Shown here: positions 19,475 to 29,818 of the stretch, in pieces
Layout of the letters: the number at the start of each line of letters is the position of its first letter
How positions within the stretch are numbered: the first letter of the stretch is position 1
Source: a virus
Strand: one strand, 5' to 3'
IMG/VR virus record: IMGVR_UViG_3300020037_007643
DNA: 64,000 nucleotides
Program-made: the position numbers and the translations under genes
Notes under the pieces: model-generated
The model's input: the letters and a program-made list of their open reading frames with translations, nothing else
Databases searched by the model: none
What the model was told of the DNA's origin: nothing

Positions 19475-21586
19475 TTATATAATTCTACTTACACCACGGT
19501 TTTTAATAATTTGTATCTTATCCTCAAAAATATCTTTAATCTCAGGTATGTGTGATATTGACACCATCTGAGGGAAATTATCTTGAAGTTTCAACAGAAC
19601 AGTTATAAAATCTTGTGTACTTTCATTATCAAGTGAGTTTATTGCTTCATCTAATAATCTAAATCCTATCTTATTAGAGAGTGAAGCAAGTGCTTCGGAT
19701 ATCGCCATACTTATCTTAATTTTCTCACCCCCACTATATGAAGCGAAATCAAGTTTTTCACCGTTCTCATTGTATATGTTTATAAACAAACCTTCAATAA
19801 TACTTTCACCATCTGAACCTGTTTTTTGTGTATCTAGTGTAATTCTAAAATCAGAGAGAGATGATAGTACTTCATTAATCTTTTCTTCAAGTCTCGGTAT
19901 GAGGTAATCTATAACAACTGTCTTAAGACCCTTTGAGCCGAATGCTTCCTTAATAGAAGAAAGATCATCTATTGTTTTATTTACATTTTCAACATCACTA
20001 ATGATTTTACTGTTTTCTTCTGTTAACTTGTCGATACTTTTACTTGCATCATCAGATACAGACATTTTGTGTTTTAATATACTTGCCTTTACAGATAGAT
20101 CATTAATTCTAGAGCGTATATCTCTTTCTCTTATAGTAAATGCAGTTGTGTCAATACCCCTTTGAGCTTCTTCCTTTTGTAGTAATTCTATTTTTAATAC
20201 ACTAATTTCATCATTTAACTTAAATAACCTTGTTTCGAGTTCAGATAATTCAGATCGTAGAACTGGCAGTGTGTCTATTTGTGCTTGAGCAATAGCCAAT
20301 TTTGATATCGCTTCTTCACATGAAGACACTTGTGTTTTAACTGACTGTAATTCAACTTTATTTTCATCAGAGAAAGCAGACAAACCTATTTCTGATACTC
20401 TTTTTGTATATTCATTTTTTTCTTGATCTAGCTTCCCTTTAAGTTCTGTTTTTTCTTTTATCTGCTCCTCAAGGTAACTAATCTGGCTCTTTATTGGTAG
20501 AACAAATGGACAGTTATCACCCGCCGGGCAACTACCAGTTTCCTTAATGAGTGGTATTAATCTCTGGTTGAGTTGAGATATCTCTGAATCATAATCTCTT
20601 TCTGTCGGTTTATTTGACATAAGAGCAAGAAGTCTATTTGTTCTTTCAACTTCCTGGGAATATGCTAATTCTAATTCGTTCTTTCTATTCTTAAGAATTT
20701 CATAATCCTTTGTCTTTTCTTTTAATGATTCAATATCTATCGCCTCACAGATTTCAATATTTCTTCTCTTTGATTCAATATTTGTTTTTAATAAAGATAC
20801 ATCTTTTTCTTTTTCATGTATATTTATTTTTATACCGTTAATCTGTGGCATAAAATCACCTATTTTTGACTTCTCAGAAATAAGCAACTCCAAGTTTGAA
20901 CCCTCTTTTGTTAGTTCAAAATTAATACTATCCAACTCTGTCTTTAGTTCACTTATATCTACGACCAAGAGTTTTTTTTCATCTATAGATCTTGTATTGA
21001 TTGATAGTAGTGATTCTAATCTTATTTTTTCTTCATTCTTTAACTGTAGTAGATCGCGAGCTCTTGCGTAATATAAATCAAAATCACTAATATTAGCTAT
21101 TTCAAGAAGTAAATCTTTTCTTCGTGGAGCATTCTGATAAACAAAGTTGTCAACGTTATTTTGTGGGTACGCGATAGAGTTAACAAAAAGAGTATAAGAA
21201 CAACGTAGTAATTCTTTTTCAATCCAATCCTGCTTATCTTTTAAACCATTTCTACTTATTGGAACAATGCCGTCATCTGTTGTCTCACTTATTTCAAGTG
21301 TATTCTTGGCCTTATCTGTTGTTGATCTTGTTATTAAATAAGATATATTAAGATTGCTTTCTACCAACTCTAAAGAAACAGTAGTTTTACTTTCTCCGTG
21401 TTTTATAATGCTCTTGTTATCAGTCCTAGAAACGCCATAAAGACACCATATTATGGCATCAATTATAGAGCTCTTCCCAGTACCTGATTTGCCGTCAATA
21501 AGTAGTTTTGTGTTTTTATTAAACACAATATCTGTATCTTCGTGCGAAAGAAAATTATTAAGTTTTAGATTTTTTAGTAATATCAT
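19475..21586 (-). CDS. sbcC: SbcC/Rad50-like SMC ATPase
   Basis: N-terminal Walker A GKSGTGKSSIIDAI, a long coiled coil, and a C-terminal signature/D-loop (LSGGEKIKISMA..LLDE). Confidence 0.8.
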   Translation of the reverse strand: MILLKNLKLNNFLSHEDTDIVFNKNTKLLIDGKSGTGKSSIIDAIIWCLYGVSRTDNKSIIKHGESKTTVSLELVESNLNISYLITRSTTDKAKNTLEISETTDDGIVPISRNGLKDKQDWIEKELLRCSYTLFVNSIAYPQNNVDNFVYQNAPRRKDLLLEIANISDFDLYYARARDLLQLKNEEKIRLESLLSINTRSIDEKKLLVVDISELKTELDSINFELTKEGSNLELLISEKSKIGDFMPQINGIKINIHEKEKDVSLLKTNIESKRRNIEICEAIDIESLKEKTKDYEILKNRKNELELAYSQEVERTNRLLALMSNKPTERDYDSEISQLNQRLIPLIKETGSCPAGDNCPFVLPIKSQISYLEEQIKEKTELKGKLDQEKNEYTKRVSEIGLSAFSDENKVELQSVKTQVSSCEEAISKLAIAQAQIDTLPVLRSELSELETRLFKLNDEISVLKIELLQKEEAQRGIDTTAFTIRERDIRSRINDLSVKASILKHKMSVSDDASKSIDKLTEENSKIISDVENVNKTIDDLSSIKEAFGSKGLKTVVIDYLIPRLEEKINEVLSSLSDFRITLDTQKTGSDGESIIEGLFINIYNENGEKLDFASYSGGEKIKISMAISEALASLSNKIGFRLLDEAINSLDNESTQDFITVLLKLQDNFPQMVSISHIPEIKDIFEDKIQIIKNRGVSRII

Positions 21587-22212
21587 TTATTTCTTTGTAA
21601 TGGGGTAAGTGATCTTTTGACTGACCATCCTTTTCTGACTCTGTTCCTAATCAATTCTGGACTCATTCCTAGTTCTTCTCCCCACTGGGTAGCATTTTGT
21701 GTCTTATTTTTAAAAGTTAAAATTACATTATGATTAGTATTGTTCATTTGTTGTTTCCTAGTCGCCCATCTACAGTTTGATGGCTTGTAATCATCGTCAT
21801 TATTTATTCGGTCAATCTGTGCTCCATGGAACCAGGTTTTACTCATATCTTCTATGAAATTTTCTAATTTATGCCATCTCTTACAAATTTTAATTTTTCC
21901 CTCTAGGTAATGATGATATTTCTTCTGACTTTTTGCTTTTTTTAATCTAGAAAAAATACCCTTCCATGATTGATATATGGGATCTTTATATAGTCCATGT
22001 TTTTTAAAATGTTTTCCACTAACAGTAGCCCATGCTTTTCTGTAACATCCACAGGATTTTGTATGGTTATTCTTTAAATTACTGGGATGGACATATGTTT
22101 CTTTACCGCAATCACACTTACAAAACCACAGGAAGTGACCCTTTTTAATATGGGTCTTACTCAAAACAGTCAGTTTATTAAATCTTTGTCCTACTAAATC
22201 TATATGTCTCAT
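21583..22212 (-). CDS. HNH homing endonuclease
   Basis: Cys/His-rich N-terminus and C-terminal NCRWATRKQQMNNTNHN, as in phage HNH_3 homing endonucleases. Confidence 0.6.
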   Translation of the reverse strand: MRHIDLVGQRFNKLTVLSKTHIKKGHFLWFCKCDCGKETYVHPSNLKNNHTKSCGCYRKAWATVSGKHFKKHGLYKDPIYQSWKGIFSRLKKAKSQKKYHHYLEGKIKICKRWHKLENFIEDMSKTWFHGAQIDRINNDDDYKPSNCRWATRKQQMNNTNHNVILTFKNKTQNATQWGEELGMSPELIRNRVRKGWSVKRSLTPLQRNK

Positions 22213-22217
22213 TTTTA

Positions 22218-22487
22218 TTACTTTAATAAACTATTGATTATTTCTGATACCTCAGATGGACCAAACACTGTATTCTCATCATTTATCCACTTTATAACTT
22301 GATTCTTTTTATCCTCATCAATAGATAAAAATCCAACTCTTGATATTGCATCATCTTTTGCTGTTCTTGCGTCCTCAAGTGTAAAAACAGATGATATCTC
22401 TGGAGAATTATTTGTAAACTCAACCAATATATCCCCTTTACAACATGGACACACAGTAGGCACGATTGTTTTTATTATATTTGTCAT
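22218..22487 (-). CDS. Hypothetical protein
   Basis: 89-aa ORF overlapping its neighbours by a few nt. Confidence 0.5.
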   Translation of the reverse strand: MTNIIKTIVPTVCPCCKGDILVEFTNNSPEISSVFTLEDARTAKDDAISRVGFLSIDEDKKNQVIKWINDENTVFGPSEVSEIINSLLK

Positions 22488-22762
22488 TATTTTGTATTTT
22501 TAGTATCTCTTTTAATCTCTAACCTTATTTGTTCCTTAACTCCTTTCTCTGCGAGAATTCTTTGTGTTTCTCTTATTAATGAATTAAATGTTTTTTCAGA
22601 TGATTCAATATAACTTTCATGTTCCTTATATTCAAACCCTAATTTTATAAGACCTGTTTCTATGATTTTTTTATGAGCTTCACAGAGTGCAACTATTTGT
22701 TCTGGTGTTAAGATATATTTTATCAAGAGATGATCATTATTTTTTACCTTTTCATGACTCAT
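22487..22762 (-). CDS. Hypothetical protein
   Basis: 91-aa ORF. Confidence 0.5.
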   Translation of the reverse strand: MSHEKVKNNDHLLIKYILTPEQIVALCEAHKKIIETGLIKLGFEYKEHESYIESSEKTFNSLIRETQRILAEKGVKEQIRLEIKRDTKNTK

Positions 22763-23295
22763 AATTGTTTTTTAATTAGATTTATAACCTCTTTTTCTGT
22801 GGTATTTAACTTGTGATTAAACAATAAACATTCACCTATTTTTGACAAAGAGAATGCATCAGCTATGTTATCATCTACAAAAGCAACATTGTATTTTTTG
22901 TAAACCTCCATCAACATAACATCCTTCTTTGAAGCACCACTACCAGTAATAAATTTCTTCAAACTAGTTGGTGCAACTAGAACAAAAGGTATTTTTTCTG
23001 CATAAAGCATTGATCGAGTGAAGTAATTTAGACCGGCTAATTGTGTAAGCGATGTAGCATTCCTAACCCCAAAAGCGAGGTTCTCTATCACAGCAATATC
23101 AACAGAGAAACCATTCATACATGTATATATTTCTTTAACAATATTTTCTATCCTTATCAACTCGTCAATGGGCTTATCTCCTGATGGTTTTGACTTAATT
23201 AACTTCTCTAAAATAACCTTACCGTTCTTTAATAAGACAACTCCGGTGCCTGTCAAAGAAAGATCTATCCCCATTGAAACAATTGATTTACTCAT
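22759..23295 (-). CDS. RuvC-like Holliday-junction resolvase
   Basis: N-terminus MGIDLSLTGTGVVLL matches the RuvC/YqgF fold signature. Confidence 0.55.
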   Translation of the reverse strand: MSKSIVSMGIDLSLTGTGVVLLKNGKVILEKLIKSKPSGDKPIDELIRIENIVKEIYTCMNGFSVDIAVIENLAFGVRNATSLTQLAGLNYFTRSMLYAEKIPFVLVAPTSLKKFITGSGASKKDVMLMEVYKKYNVAFVDDNIADAFSLSKIGECLLFNHKLNTTEKEVINLIKKQL

Positions 23296-23665
23296 TATTA
23301 AGTCTTTTTTTATAATTATTATATAGTGTTAAAGCTTCACTTCTGAAATCCTTACCCTTAACTGGTTTATGTATTGATATAAAACCATTCTTCTCTAGAT
23401 TGCTCATTATTGAGTATATCACTCTATGTGCTTTAAATCGTTTATATTCACGAGCTAAATCTTCTTTCTTAAACCGATTAGATAGATTTAATAAGGCTGT
23501 ACCTTCTTCACCATCTGCTTCTTCTGAAAAATAACCACTGTTGATTAAATTATTTAACTTATCTGATTCCATCATAAGATGATCAAAGAATTCAGATTGA
23601 TTATTAGCGATATCCATATATGCAATATCTTCCTCTGTTAATTCTGTGTTCATATTATTTATCAA
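23288..23665 (-). CDS. Hypothetical protein
   Basis: 125-aa ORF. Confidence 0.5.
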   Translation of the reverse strand: MINNMNTELTEEDIAYMDIANNQSEFFDHLMMESDKLNNLINSGYFSEEADGEEGTALLNLSNRFKKEDLAREYKRFKAHRVIYSIMSNLEKNGFISIHKPVKGKDFRSEALTLYNNYKKRLNNE

Positions 23666-24689
23666 GAATTAATTCCATACCTCTTGTTAATTTATCTAGT
23701 GGAATACCCTTTTCAGCACTATACATATTAAGTAGACTGTTGATAGAAAAATCTATTGCACCCTCATCAAAATGTAACTTCTTTCTTTCGTTGGGGTATT
23801 TTTCTAAAAATATAAATGTATCAAATCTTTTAATGTACTCTTTTATTTCTTCTGCTTTTATATCTTTGGATGTGATAATTACCTTAACGATAGAATTTAA
23901 CGGTATTTCACTTAATTTCTCGATTGTAGGATTCTCTAACTTATAGATTCCTCTTCCTGGAAGTTTTATTTTTTCAACAGTATTATTTGACGTGTCTATT
24001 TTCCATATAAACTTCTCTGTTTCACCGGCCTCATTTGTGAAAACACTCCCAGATATAATAGTTTTACCATCTTGCTGTGGTTTGTGTATATGCCCAGCCA
24101 TAACAATATCAAACTTATCTTCGAGCTCTTTCTTTGGAAGGATCACCTCATGGAATGTATTAGTTGACACATTGCCATTTGAGAATGTATCAGATATGGC
24201 GTGGTGTGCAAATAAGTATTTACCACCAATCATTTTATCTAGTATTGCTTTACACCCATCTGTATCATTTAATACTCCTAATTCTGGACGTGACATATAT
24301 GGTAGAAAATATACATCATCTTTACCGATTGTGCCAACTTGGGGTGTTGTTATTATTGTCCAATTAGGTTTATTGATCTCTCTCATGAAATCTATTGCTG
24401 ATTTACCATCTCCTTTTTTTTCATGATTCCCTGCTAGAATATATATATTCTTATCATTAAACCTTTCTACAAATTGCACAAAGTCTTTTATAACTTCTGA
24501 TGAATTATTTTTTCGATCAAAGTTATCACCCATGAAAATCACAGTATCACAGTCATAAAAAGAAGATACGATAAAATCTAGTATTTCTTTTCTCTCTGGA
24601 ATTCTTTGGTCTTTAACATACTCATGATAACTTAGTAAGTCCTTAAAATGCATATCTCCCAAAATTCCAATTTTATTCTTAGTTATCAT
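23655..24689 (-). CDS. sbcD: SbcD/Mre11 nuclease
   Basis: Calcineurin-like motifs GDMHF, GDNFDR, GNHE and GHIH. Confidence 0.85.
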   Translation of the reverse strand: MITKNKIGILGDMHFKDLLSYHEYVKDQRIPERKEILDFIVSSFYDCDTVIFMGDNFDRKNNSSEVIKDFVQFVERFNDKNIYILAGNHEKKGDGKSAIDFMREINKPNWTIITTPQVGTIGKDDVYFLPYMSRPELGVLNDTDGCKAILDKMIGGKYLFAHHAISDTFSNGNVSTNTFHEVILPKKELEDKFDIVMAGHIHKPQQDGKTIISGSVFTNEAGETEKFIWKIDTSNNTVEKIKLPGRGIYKLENPTIEKLSEIPLNSIVKVIITSKDIKAEEIKEYIKRFDTFIFLEKYPNERKKLHFDEGAIDFSINSLLNMYSAEKGIPLDKLTRGMELILDK

Positions 24690-24743
24690 ATTATTTTATT
24701 ACCCTTTTTCCCATAGATTTTATTATGTCTTTTAATTATACTA

Positions 24744-25367
24744 CTAAAATGGATCTTCTAGCAATTCAATTATTCTTGAATAGTTCGCTGGTATAAATGC
24801 AAGTCCTGTTGTTTCCATTACTTTATCCTTAACAACGAGTGGATCAGAAACTCCAAGTTTTGTTTTTGCAAGATCTGCTATTTTCTTAAGTTGAAAATCT
24901 GGTGACGTAATATCAACTCCATTTGAGAGTTCAGCTGCGAAACCATCGAGATCTATCATTTTTTCAGTTTCGATCATACCTACACCACTATCATTTTTAC
25001 TTCCACCTTCATGTGTATTAAGCCAGTCCTGATCAACAATCTTTGGGTCTGCGAAAACCTTAATGTTCTTAAACTCTGTTTCTCTTCCATTCTTCATAAA
25101 CTTGTCTCTACTAAGAAACTTGAATCCAACGATCTGACCGAATCTGACGTAATTCATATCATCGTTTATTTTCTTTGAAACAGTGAATGATACATTTTTG
25201 ATTGTACCAGATTCTGTTTTAAGTTCATATACAATTACTTCATTTCCAAAATTATCCTTCTCTCCTGTTCTCTTACCTACATATGTTCCTTGTATTGAAT
25301 CACCTACTTCTTTAAAATAAAATGGTTCTACAATAACTGCTTTTCCTTGTTCAAATATATTTGTCAT
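24744..25367 (-). CDS. Hypothetical protein
   Basis: 207-aa ORF in the recombination module. Confidence 0.55.
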   Translation of the reverse strand: MTNIFEQGKAVIVEPFYFKEVGDSIQGTYVGKRTGEKDNFGNEVIVYELKTESGTIKNVSFTVSKKINDDMNYVRFGQIVGFKFLSRDKFMKNGRETEFKNIKVFADPKIVDQDWLNTHEGGSKNDSGVGMIETEKMIDLDGFAAELSNGVDITSPDFQLKKIADLAKTKLGVSDPLVVKDKVMETTGLAFIPANYSRIIELLEDPF

Positions 25368-25390
25368 ATTGTTTTTATGTTTTTATGTTA

Positions 25391-25852
25391 TTAATTAAAT
25401 ATTTTTGGGTGTGTCTTTGATAATAATACCCTTACTATTTGTGCTATTGTTTCAGTTAACTCCTCTACTGAATCTCTTATCTCCCTCTTGGTTGAATGCC
25501 TGTTTAGGGCTAACTCACCTAATTTATTTGTTAAAATGTGACTTATTTCATGAACAAATCCATTTAACACTGTTGCAAATTCCCCCCTCTTAAATAATTC
25601 TTGTGCTAATGTATGAATAGTTACTGATGCTGTTTTATATGTATCACTATACACAATTGAAAACATCACAGTATCATCATCGCAATCACTCTTCGTCACC
25701 ATATAAAAACTTATTTTATTGATTCCGTGAGCATCAAGAATTATGGGTAAATTTGACACTAGAAACTTTTCTATATCATTCCTCGGATCGGCATGATATA
25801 CATCTTTCTTCTTATCCTTGTTCTTTATCATATTTACATTATACTCCCCCAT
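25391..25852 (-). CDS. Hypothetical protein with an HExxH-like motif (VHEISH)
   Basis: The true start is probably MIKNKDKK at about 25831, 6 nt after the conserved promoter. The track start at 25852 lies upstream of that promoter. Confidence 0.5.
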   Translation of the reverse strand: MGEYNVNMIKNKDKKKDVYHADPRNDIEKFLVSNLPIILDAHGINKISFYMVTKSDCDDDTVMFSIVYSDTYKTASVTIHTLAQELFKRGEFATVLNGFVHEISHILTNKLGELALNRHSTKREIRDSVEELTETIAQIVRVLLSKTHPKIFN

Positions 25853-25866
25853 ACTAAAGAAGTCAA
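25838..25866 (-). promoter_or_regulatory. Conserved promoter copy (TTGACT-N17-TATAAT), leaderless configuration
   Basis: Reverse complement reads TTGACTtctttagtatgggggagTATAATgtaaatATG. Confidence 0.65.
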
Positions 25867-25869
25867 GTA

Positions 25870-26361
25870 CTACCTAACATTCTTATACTCAAACCATATT
25901 ATGTCAAGGAGGGTATCTTTAAAATCACTCTTCTTTTTCCCATCCTTCCAGTCTTTTGGTGAGTGTGAGATCTTTTTTTTAAAATCTATTTTTTCACCCC
26001 GTAGTATCTCTAGTATTTGAAAGTATTTATTATTATAACAATCTCTTGCTGAAAATATTAAACATTCACTTGATTCTCCTGTTTTATTGTTTGTTACATT
26101 ACCTTGTGTTGTGTACATAAACATCTTAACATTTGCTTTGTTTTGTTTTAATACTTTCCCAGTTTCTTTTAATATTCTATCAACCTCCCCGGCTACATAA
26201 TTGTAAAGCGGTATGTCCATTATTGAAACAGTTTTATTTTTATCTAAGATCACTGCATAACAGATAGGTAATAGTTTGTTTCCATTTTGCACGGATTCTT
26301 TATTTTTACTTGTTATGTAATCGTAGATTTCCTTTACTTTACTTGAGATTCTTTTTGACAT
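25870..26361 (-). CDS. Hypothetical protein
   Basis: 163-aa ORF. Confidence 0.5.
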   Translation of the reverse strand: MSKRISSKVKEIYDYITSKNKESVQNGNKLLPICYAVILDKNKTVSIMDIPLYNYVAGEVDRILKETGKVLKQNKANVKMFMYTTQGNVTNNKTGESSECLIFSARDCYNNKYFQILEILRGEKIDFKKKISHSPKDWKDGKKKSDFKDTLLDIIWFEYKNVR

Positions 26362-27368
26362 TTTATTTCTTCTTTAATTGCGTTAAGTACGGCCTCGTAA
26401 GTATCTCCATTCTTAATAAGGAAGTTTTTTGCATTATTGCGTCCAACTCCAAGTTTCGTATCATTAAATGAATAGGTTGTACCTGTCTTATTAATGACCC
26501 CGATTTTCTCCCCATAATCCAAAGCATCGCCATGTAAATCCAATCCTTTACCATAATATAATTCAACTGATGTTTTCATAAAAGGGAATCCGACTTTATT
26601 TTTTACCCCTGTAATATTCAAGAAATTTCCTATCTGCTTATCGTCTGAATCAACTATTTTTTCACCCTTAGATACCTCAAGTCTTACTGATGCAAAAAAT
26701 TTCAACGCCTTTCCTCCAGGAGTGGTTTCTTTTTTTCCATATATAACACCAATCTTCTCTCTAAGTTGGTTTATGAATATTACAATTGTTTTAGATCGAG
26801 ATATTGAACCAGTTAGTACTCTAAGAGCAGCACCGAGCTTTCTTGCTTGAAGACCCATTGTATCCTTAAGAAAATCTCCTTCAATTTCTGTCATTGGAGC
26901 CATAGCCGCAACACTATCTACAACAATGATATCAAATGCATTTGTATCAACAAGCTCCCTGAGTGTTTCCATTGCAGCTTCTAAGTGTAATGGTTGTGTA
27001 ACAAGTAGTTTTGATGTATCAACACCAATAGAAGATGTGTAGCGTGGATCATAAGAGAATTCAGCATCAATAAGGGCAGCTCTTCCACCTTGTCTTTGAA
27101 CTTCCGCGATTAAATAATGAGACAGTGTTGATTTTCCACTAGACTCCTGACCAAACAATTCTATCATTCTTCCCCGTGGAATACCTCCACAGCCAAAAAC
27201 TGAATCTAGTCCAAAACTCCCAGTTGGTATTGCTTTTACTTCTGAAACATCAAGATCCTCATCGACAATAACCATGTCGTTTCCATATTTTTTTTGCATC
27301 CGAGCCATTACATCTTCAACAAGCTCGTTTGGGTTATTTACATCTTCTAATTCTTTTTTCTTTGCCAT
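26334..27368 (-). CDS. recA: RecA recombinase
   Basis: GLDSVFGCGGIPRGRMIELFGQESSGKSTL ... IVVDSVAAM aligns along its length with bacterial RecA. Confidence 0.9.
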   Translation of the reverse strand: MAKKKELEDVNNPNELVEDVMARMQKKYGNDMVIVDEDLDVSEVKAIPTGSFGLDSVFGCGGIPRGRMIELFGQESSGKSTLSHYLIAEVQRQGGRAALIDAEFSYDPRYTSSIGVDTSKLLVTQPLHLEAAMETLRELVDTNAFDIIVVDSVAAMAPMTEIEGDFLKDTMGLQARKLGAALRVLTGSISRSKTIVIFINQLREKIGVIYGKKETTPGGKALKFFASVRLEVSKGEKIVDSDDKQIGNFLNITGVKNKVGFPFMKTSVELYYGKGLDLHGDALDYGEKIGVINKTGTTYSFNDTKLGVGRNNAKNFLIKNGDTYEAVLNAIKEEIKCQKESQVK

Positions 27369-27374
27369 ATTTTT

Positions 27375-27563
27375 TTATTTTAAACTAATAATATCACTCT
27401 CTGGTACACTAGGGCAATACCATTGTCCAGGTGATTCAATCCTGTAGTGCCATGTTTTGTTATGTTTATACCCACTAATCACCTTAACCATATACATTAA
27501 TCCATCTCTATCTATATTTTCATACAAAACAATATCTCCTATTCTATATTTGGGTTTCTTCAT
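27375..27563 (-). CDS. Small hypothetical protein
   Basis: 62-aa ORF. Confidence 0.4.
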   Translation of the reverse strand: MKKPKYRIGDIVLYENIDRDGLMYMVKVISGYKHNKTWHYRIESPGQWYCPSVPESDIISLK

Positions 27564-27673
27564 ATCTCTCTTGAATTATCATAATAATCATCTTCTTCGT
27601 CATCTTCAATATATTCACCAAAGTCAGCATCAAAACTATCTTCCTCTTCAAAATCTAAATAATCATCATTCAT
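27560..27673 (-). CDS. Small highly acidic protein (about 37 aa)
   Basis: Hand-read ORF MNDDYLDFEEEDSFDADFGEYIEDDEEDDYY...; coordinates approximate. Confidence 0.3.
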   Translation of the reverse strand: MNDDYLDFEEEDSFDADFGEYIEDDEEDDYYDNSREI

Positions 27674-27854
27674 GCTATTTTATACAATTAATTATTAGTA
27701 AATTTTATTTTATCTTTATATCCATACCACAAGAGATGCATGTAACTATTTCTCCCTCTTCAAGATAATAAGACTCATTCTCTGCTTCACATTTTTTGTA
27801 TGGACAATAAAATCTTTCTACTGTCTGTACGTCATTCATTGATATTGTTTTCAT

Positions 27855-28652
27855 TTACTTACCGCCATATATTATCTCATCAATGTATAAAATTTCATCG
27901 TCCCAGGCTCCGAGTATAAACATAAAATTTCCAAGTGGAGAGTTTGCTAACAAGATAGGATCTCTGTCTTTCTTTGTTTGTTCTTTAACTTCTGTGTCTT
28001 TTACAACAAGTGTAAAGATTGGTGTGTCACCAGTTATTGCTTTGTATGCTTTTGTGTAACGATCCATTTCTTGGATACCCTCGTTCGGAACAAGAGTGTA
28101 ATATTGCTTCAAGGGTACAACTTTTAATTTATATCTTTTACATAAATCAACAACTGCCTCATTTGTTGTCATGGCCCAATCTAATGGATTTTTAGTTTTT
28201 GTCTTAAGGTATTTTAATCTATTCTTTAGATAAAAAACAGAACGATGTTCATCTTTCAAATGCTCATCACTAAGGTGGTCTTTAAGTATATTTATTCTTT
28301 CTGTGACAACTTTTATTTTCTCTTCTAAGTTTTCAAAAGATATTTCCGGTGACTCTCTTTTGATTTCCTCAAAAACCGCCTTTGGCTCGACAGCTATTCT
28401 ACTATCCTCTTGCTTTTGCTGACCAGTAAATACAGCAACAGAATTACTACCAGTATTCACACCAACATTTCCAACATCCGAGGAATCAACCATAAAACTA
28501 GAAATAGGTGTCCACCCACCGAACTCTGGCTGGTTTATAAGATCACCATTACCTGTTCTTACTCGTATGTTATTTGTAGTAAAAACAAACCCTTTCTTTT
28601 TATCTCCTAATATTATTTTTTTAAAAAAATTTATCATTTTATATTTTACCAA
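27855..28652 (-). CDS. Hypothetical protein
   Basis: 265-aa ORF. Confidence 0.55.
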   Translation of the reverse strand: MVKYKMINFFKKIILGDKKKGFVFTTNNIRVRTGNGDLINQPEFGGWTPISSFMVDSSDVGNVGVNTGSNSVAVFTGQQKQEDSRIAVEPKAVFEEIKRESPEISFENLEEKIKVVTERINILKDHLSDEHLKDEHRSVFYLKNRLKYLKTKTKNPLDWAMTTNEAVVDLCKRYKLKVVPLKQYYTLVPNEGIQEMDRYTKAYKAITGDTPIFTLVVKDTEVKEQTKKDRDPILLANSPLGNFMFILGAWDDEILYIDEIIYGGK

Positions 28653-29352
28653 CTTCTAGTCGGTCATTCTTAATTATTAAATACTCTTTATACCTTAATG
28701 AATCTACTAATATTATTCCTTCATCAAACTTTGGTGGTTGAAGCCACGTTTCTATACCCCTTGTTCCTGTATGTCCAACTACATGAATAAATCCTGGAAC
28801 TCTCACCTTGTCTAGACTCTTCGGTCTTATCCATATAGGTGACTGTGTTATGTCATCACCTGATGAATCTGATCCATTAAAATTAAAAGATTCAGGTCTA
28901 CTTATAAATAATTTAGTTAACGCAACATCTGGTGTGTATTCTAGATCCAACATACTCTCAACGTGTGACTCAAGCCATTTTTGAGAAACACCAGCATGAG
29001 TGAACAAGAATTTATTATTAAGATACGATATTTGCATCAAGTTGGTATCTATCGCATTTTGTATACTTGTACCGATCTTTAGAGCGTAATTTCTTTGATA
29101 TCCTGAATATTTTTCTGTTTCTGATATGTAATGAAAACAATGGTTCCCGATCAACAACACAACCTTTTCTGGATTTTCTTTTTTGAATTTAATTATCTCT
29201 ATCCAGTTATCAAACTGTTCATAGAATGGTATATCAAAACTATCAAAATAATCTCCCATAAATATTATCTTATCGGCATCTTTCTCTTTCTCTGTAATTT
29301 TTTTCCAGATATCCCTCCCGTGAATATCTCCTATGACTACAACTTTATTCAT
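28639..29352 (-). CDS. Calcineurin-like metallophosphoesterase (Ser/Thr phosphatase or ApaH-like)
   Basis: GDIHGR, GDYFD, GNHC and GHTG motifs. The likely start MNKVVVIGDIHG lies 6 nt after a promoter copy. The track start at 29394 is a non-ATG read-through. Confidence 0.75.
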   Translation of the reverse strand: MNKVVVIGDIHGRDIWKKITEKEKDADKIIFMGDYFDSFDIPFYEQFDNWIEIIKFKKENPEKVVLLIGNHCFHYISETEKYSGYQRNYALKIGTSIQNAIDTNLMQISYLNNKFLFTHAGVSQKWLESHVESMLDLEYTPDVALTKLFISRPESFNFNGSDSSGDDITQSPIWIRPKSLDKVRVPGFIHVVGHTGTRGIETWLQPPKFDEGIILVDSLRYKEYLIIKNDRLEVGKI

Positions 29353-29358
29353 AATTCC

Positions 29359-29387
29359 ATTATACTCCCCTATATTAAAGAAGTCAA
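29359..29387 (-). promoter_or_regulatory. Conserved promoter copy, leaderless configuration
   Basis: Reverse complement reads TTGACTtctttaatataggggagTATAATggaattATG. Confidence 0.7.
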
Positions 29388-29393
29388 GTATCA

Positions 29394-29627
29394 CTAAACT
29401 ATCTTGCCGAAAAAGTAACCGGCTATCAATGCCTTCTTTCTCCAGTCTGGTTCATTATCAATTAAATGTTGCAAATGTGATCTTGTTATAAATTCTTCTT
29501 TCTCTGATATTGTTCTTTGTACTTTACCCTGTTCTGCCTCTTTTAACATAACAAGAACAATCTCATCTATTTTTTCAAGTGGAACATCAAAACTTTCTAG
29601 TATTTGTGTTATTTTCTTTTCATCCAT
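29394..29627 (-). CDS. Hypothetical protein
   Basis: 77-aa ORF. Confidence 0.4.
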   Translation of the reverse strand: MDEKKITQILESFDVPLEKIDEIVLVMLKEAEQGKVQRTISEKEEFITRSHLQHLIDNEPDWRKKALIAGYFFGKIV

Positions 29628-29629
29628 AA

Positions 29630-29818
29630 TTAATATCTTTGACCTTCTAATGATAAGTCACCTGCATCAATAGCCATATCCCTACTTACATACCTAATCT
29701 CTTCTTCATTTTCACATCCACAATGAATCAACTCCGGCATATTTTGTTCTTCTTGTGAAAATAAACTTGGATCTTGTTGCCATTCTCCACACGCTCCACA
29801 TCTCTGTAAATTATTCAT
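29630..29818 (-). CDS. Small Cys-containing hypothetical protein
   Basis: 62-aa ORF. Confidence 0.35.
   Translation of the reverse strand: MNNLQRCGACGEWQQDPSLFSQEEQNMPELIHCGCENEEEIRYVSRDMAIDAGDLSLEGQRY

Noticed and set aside
26363-26566. 67-aa minus-strand ORF inside recA
   Set aside because: Alternative frame within the well-supported RecA CDS.
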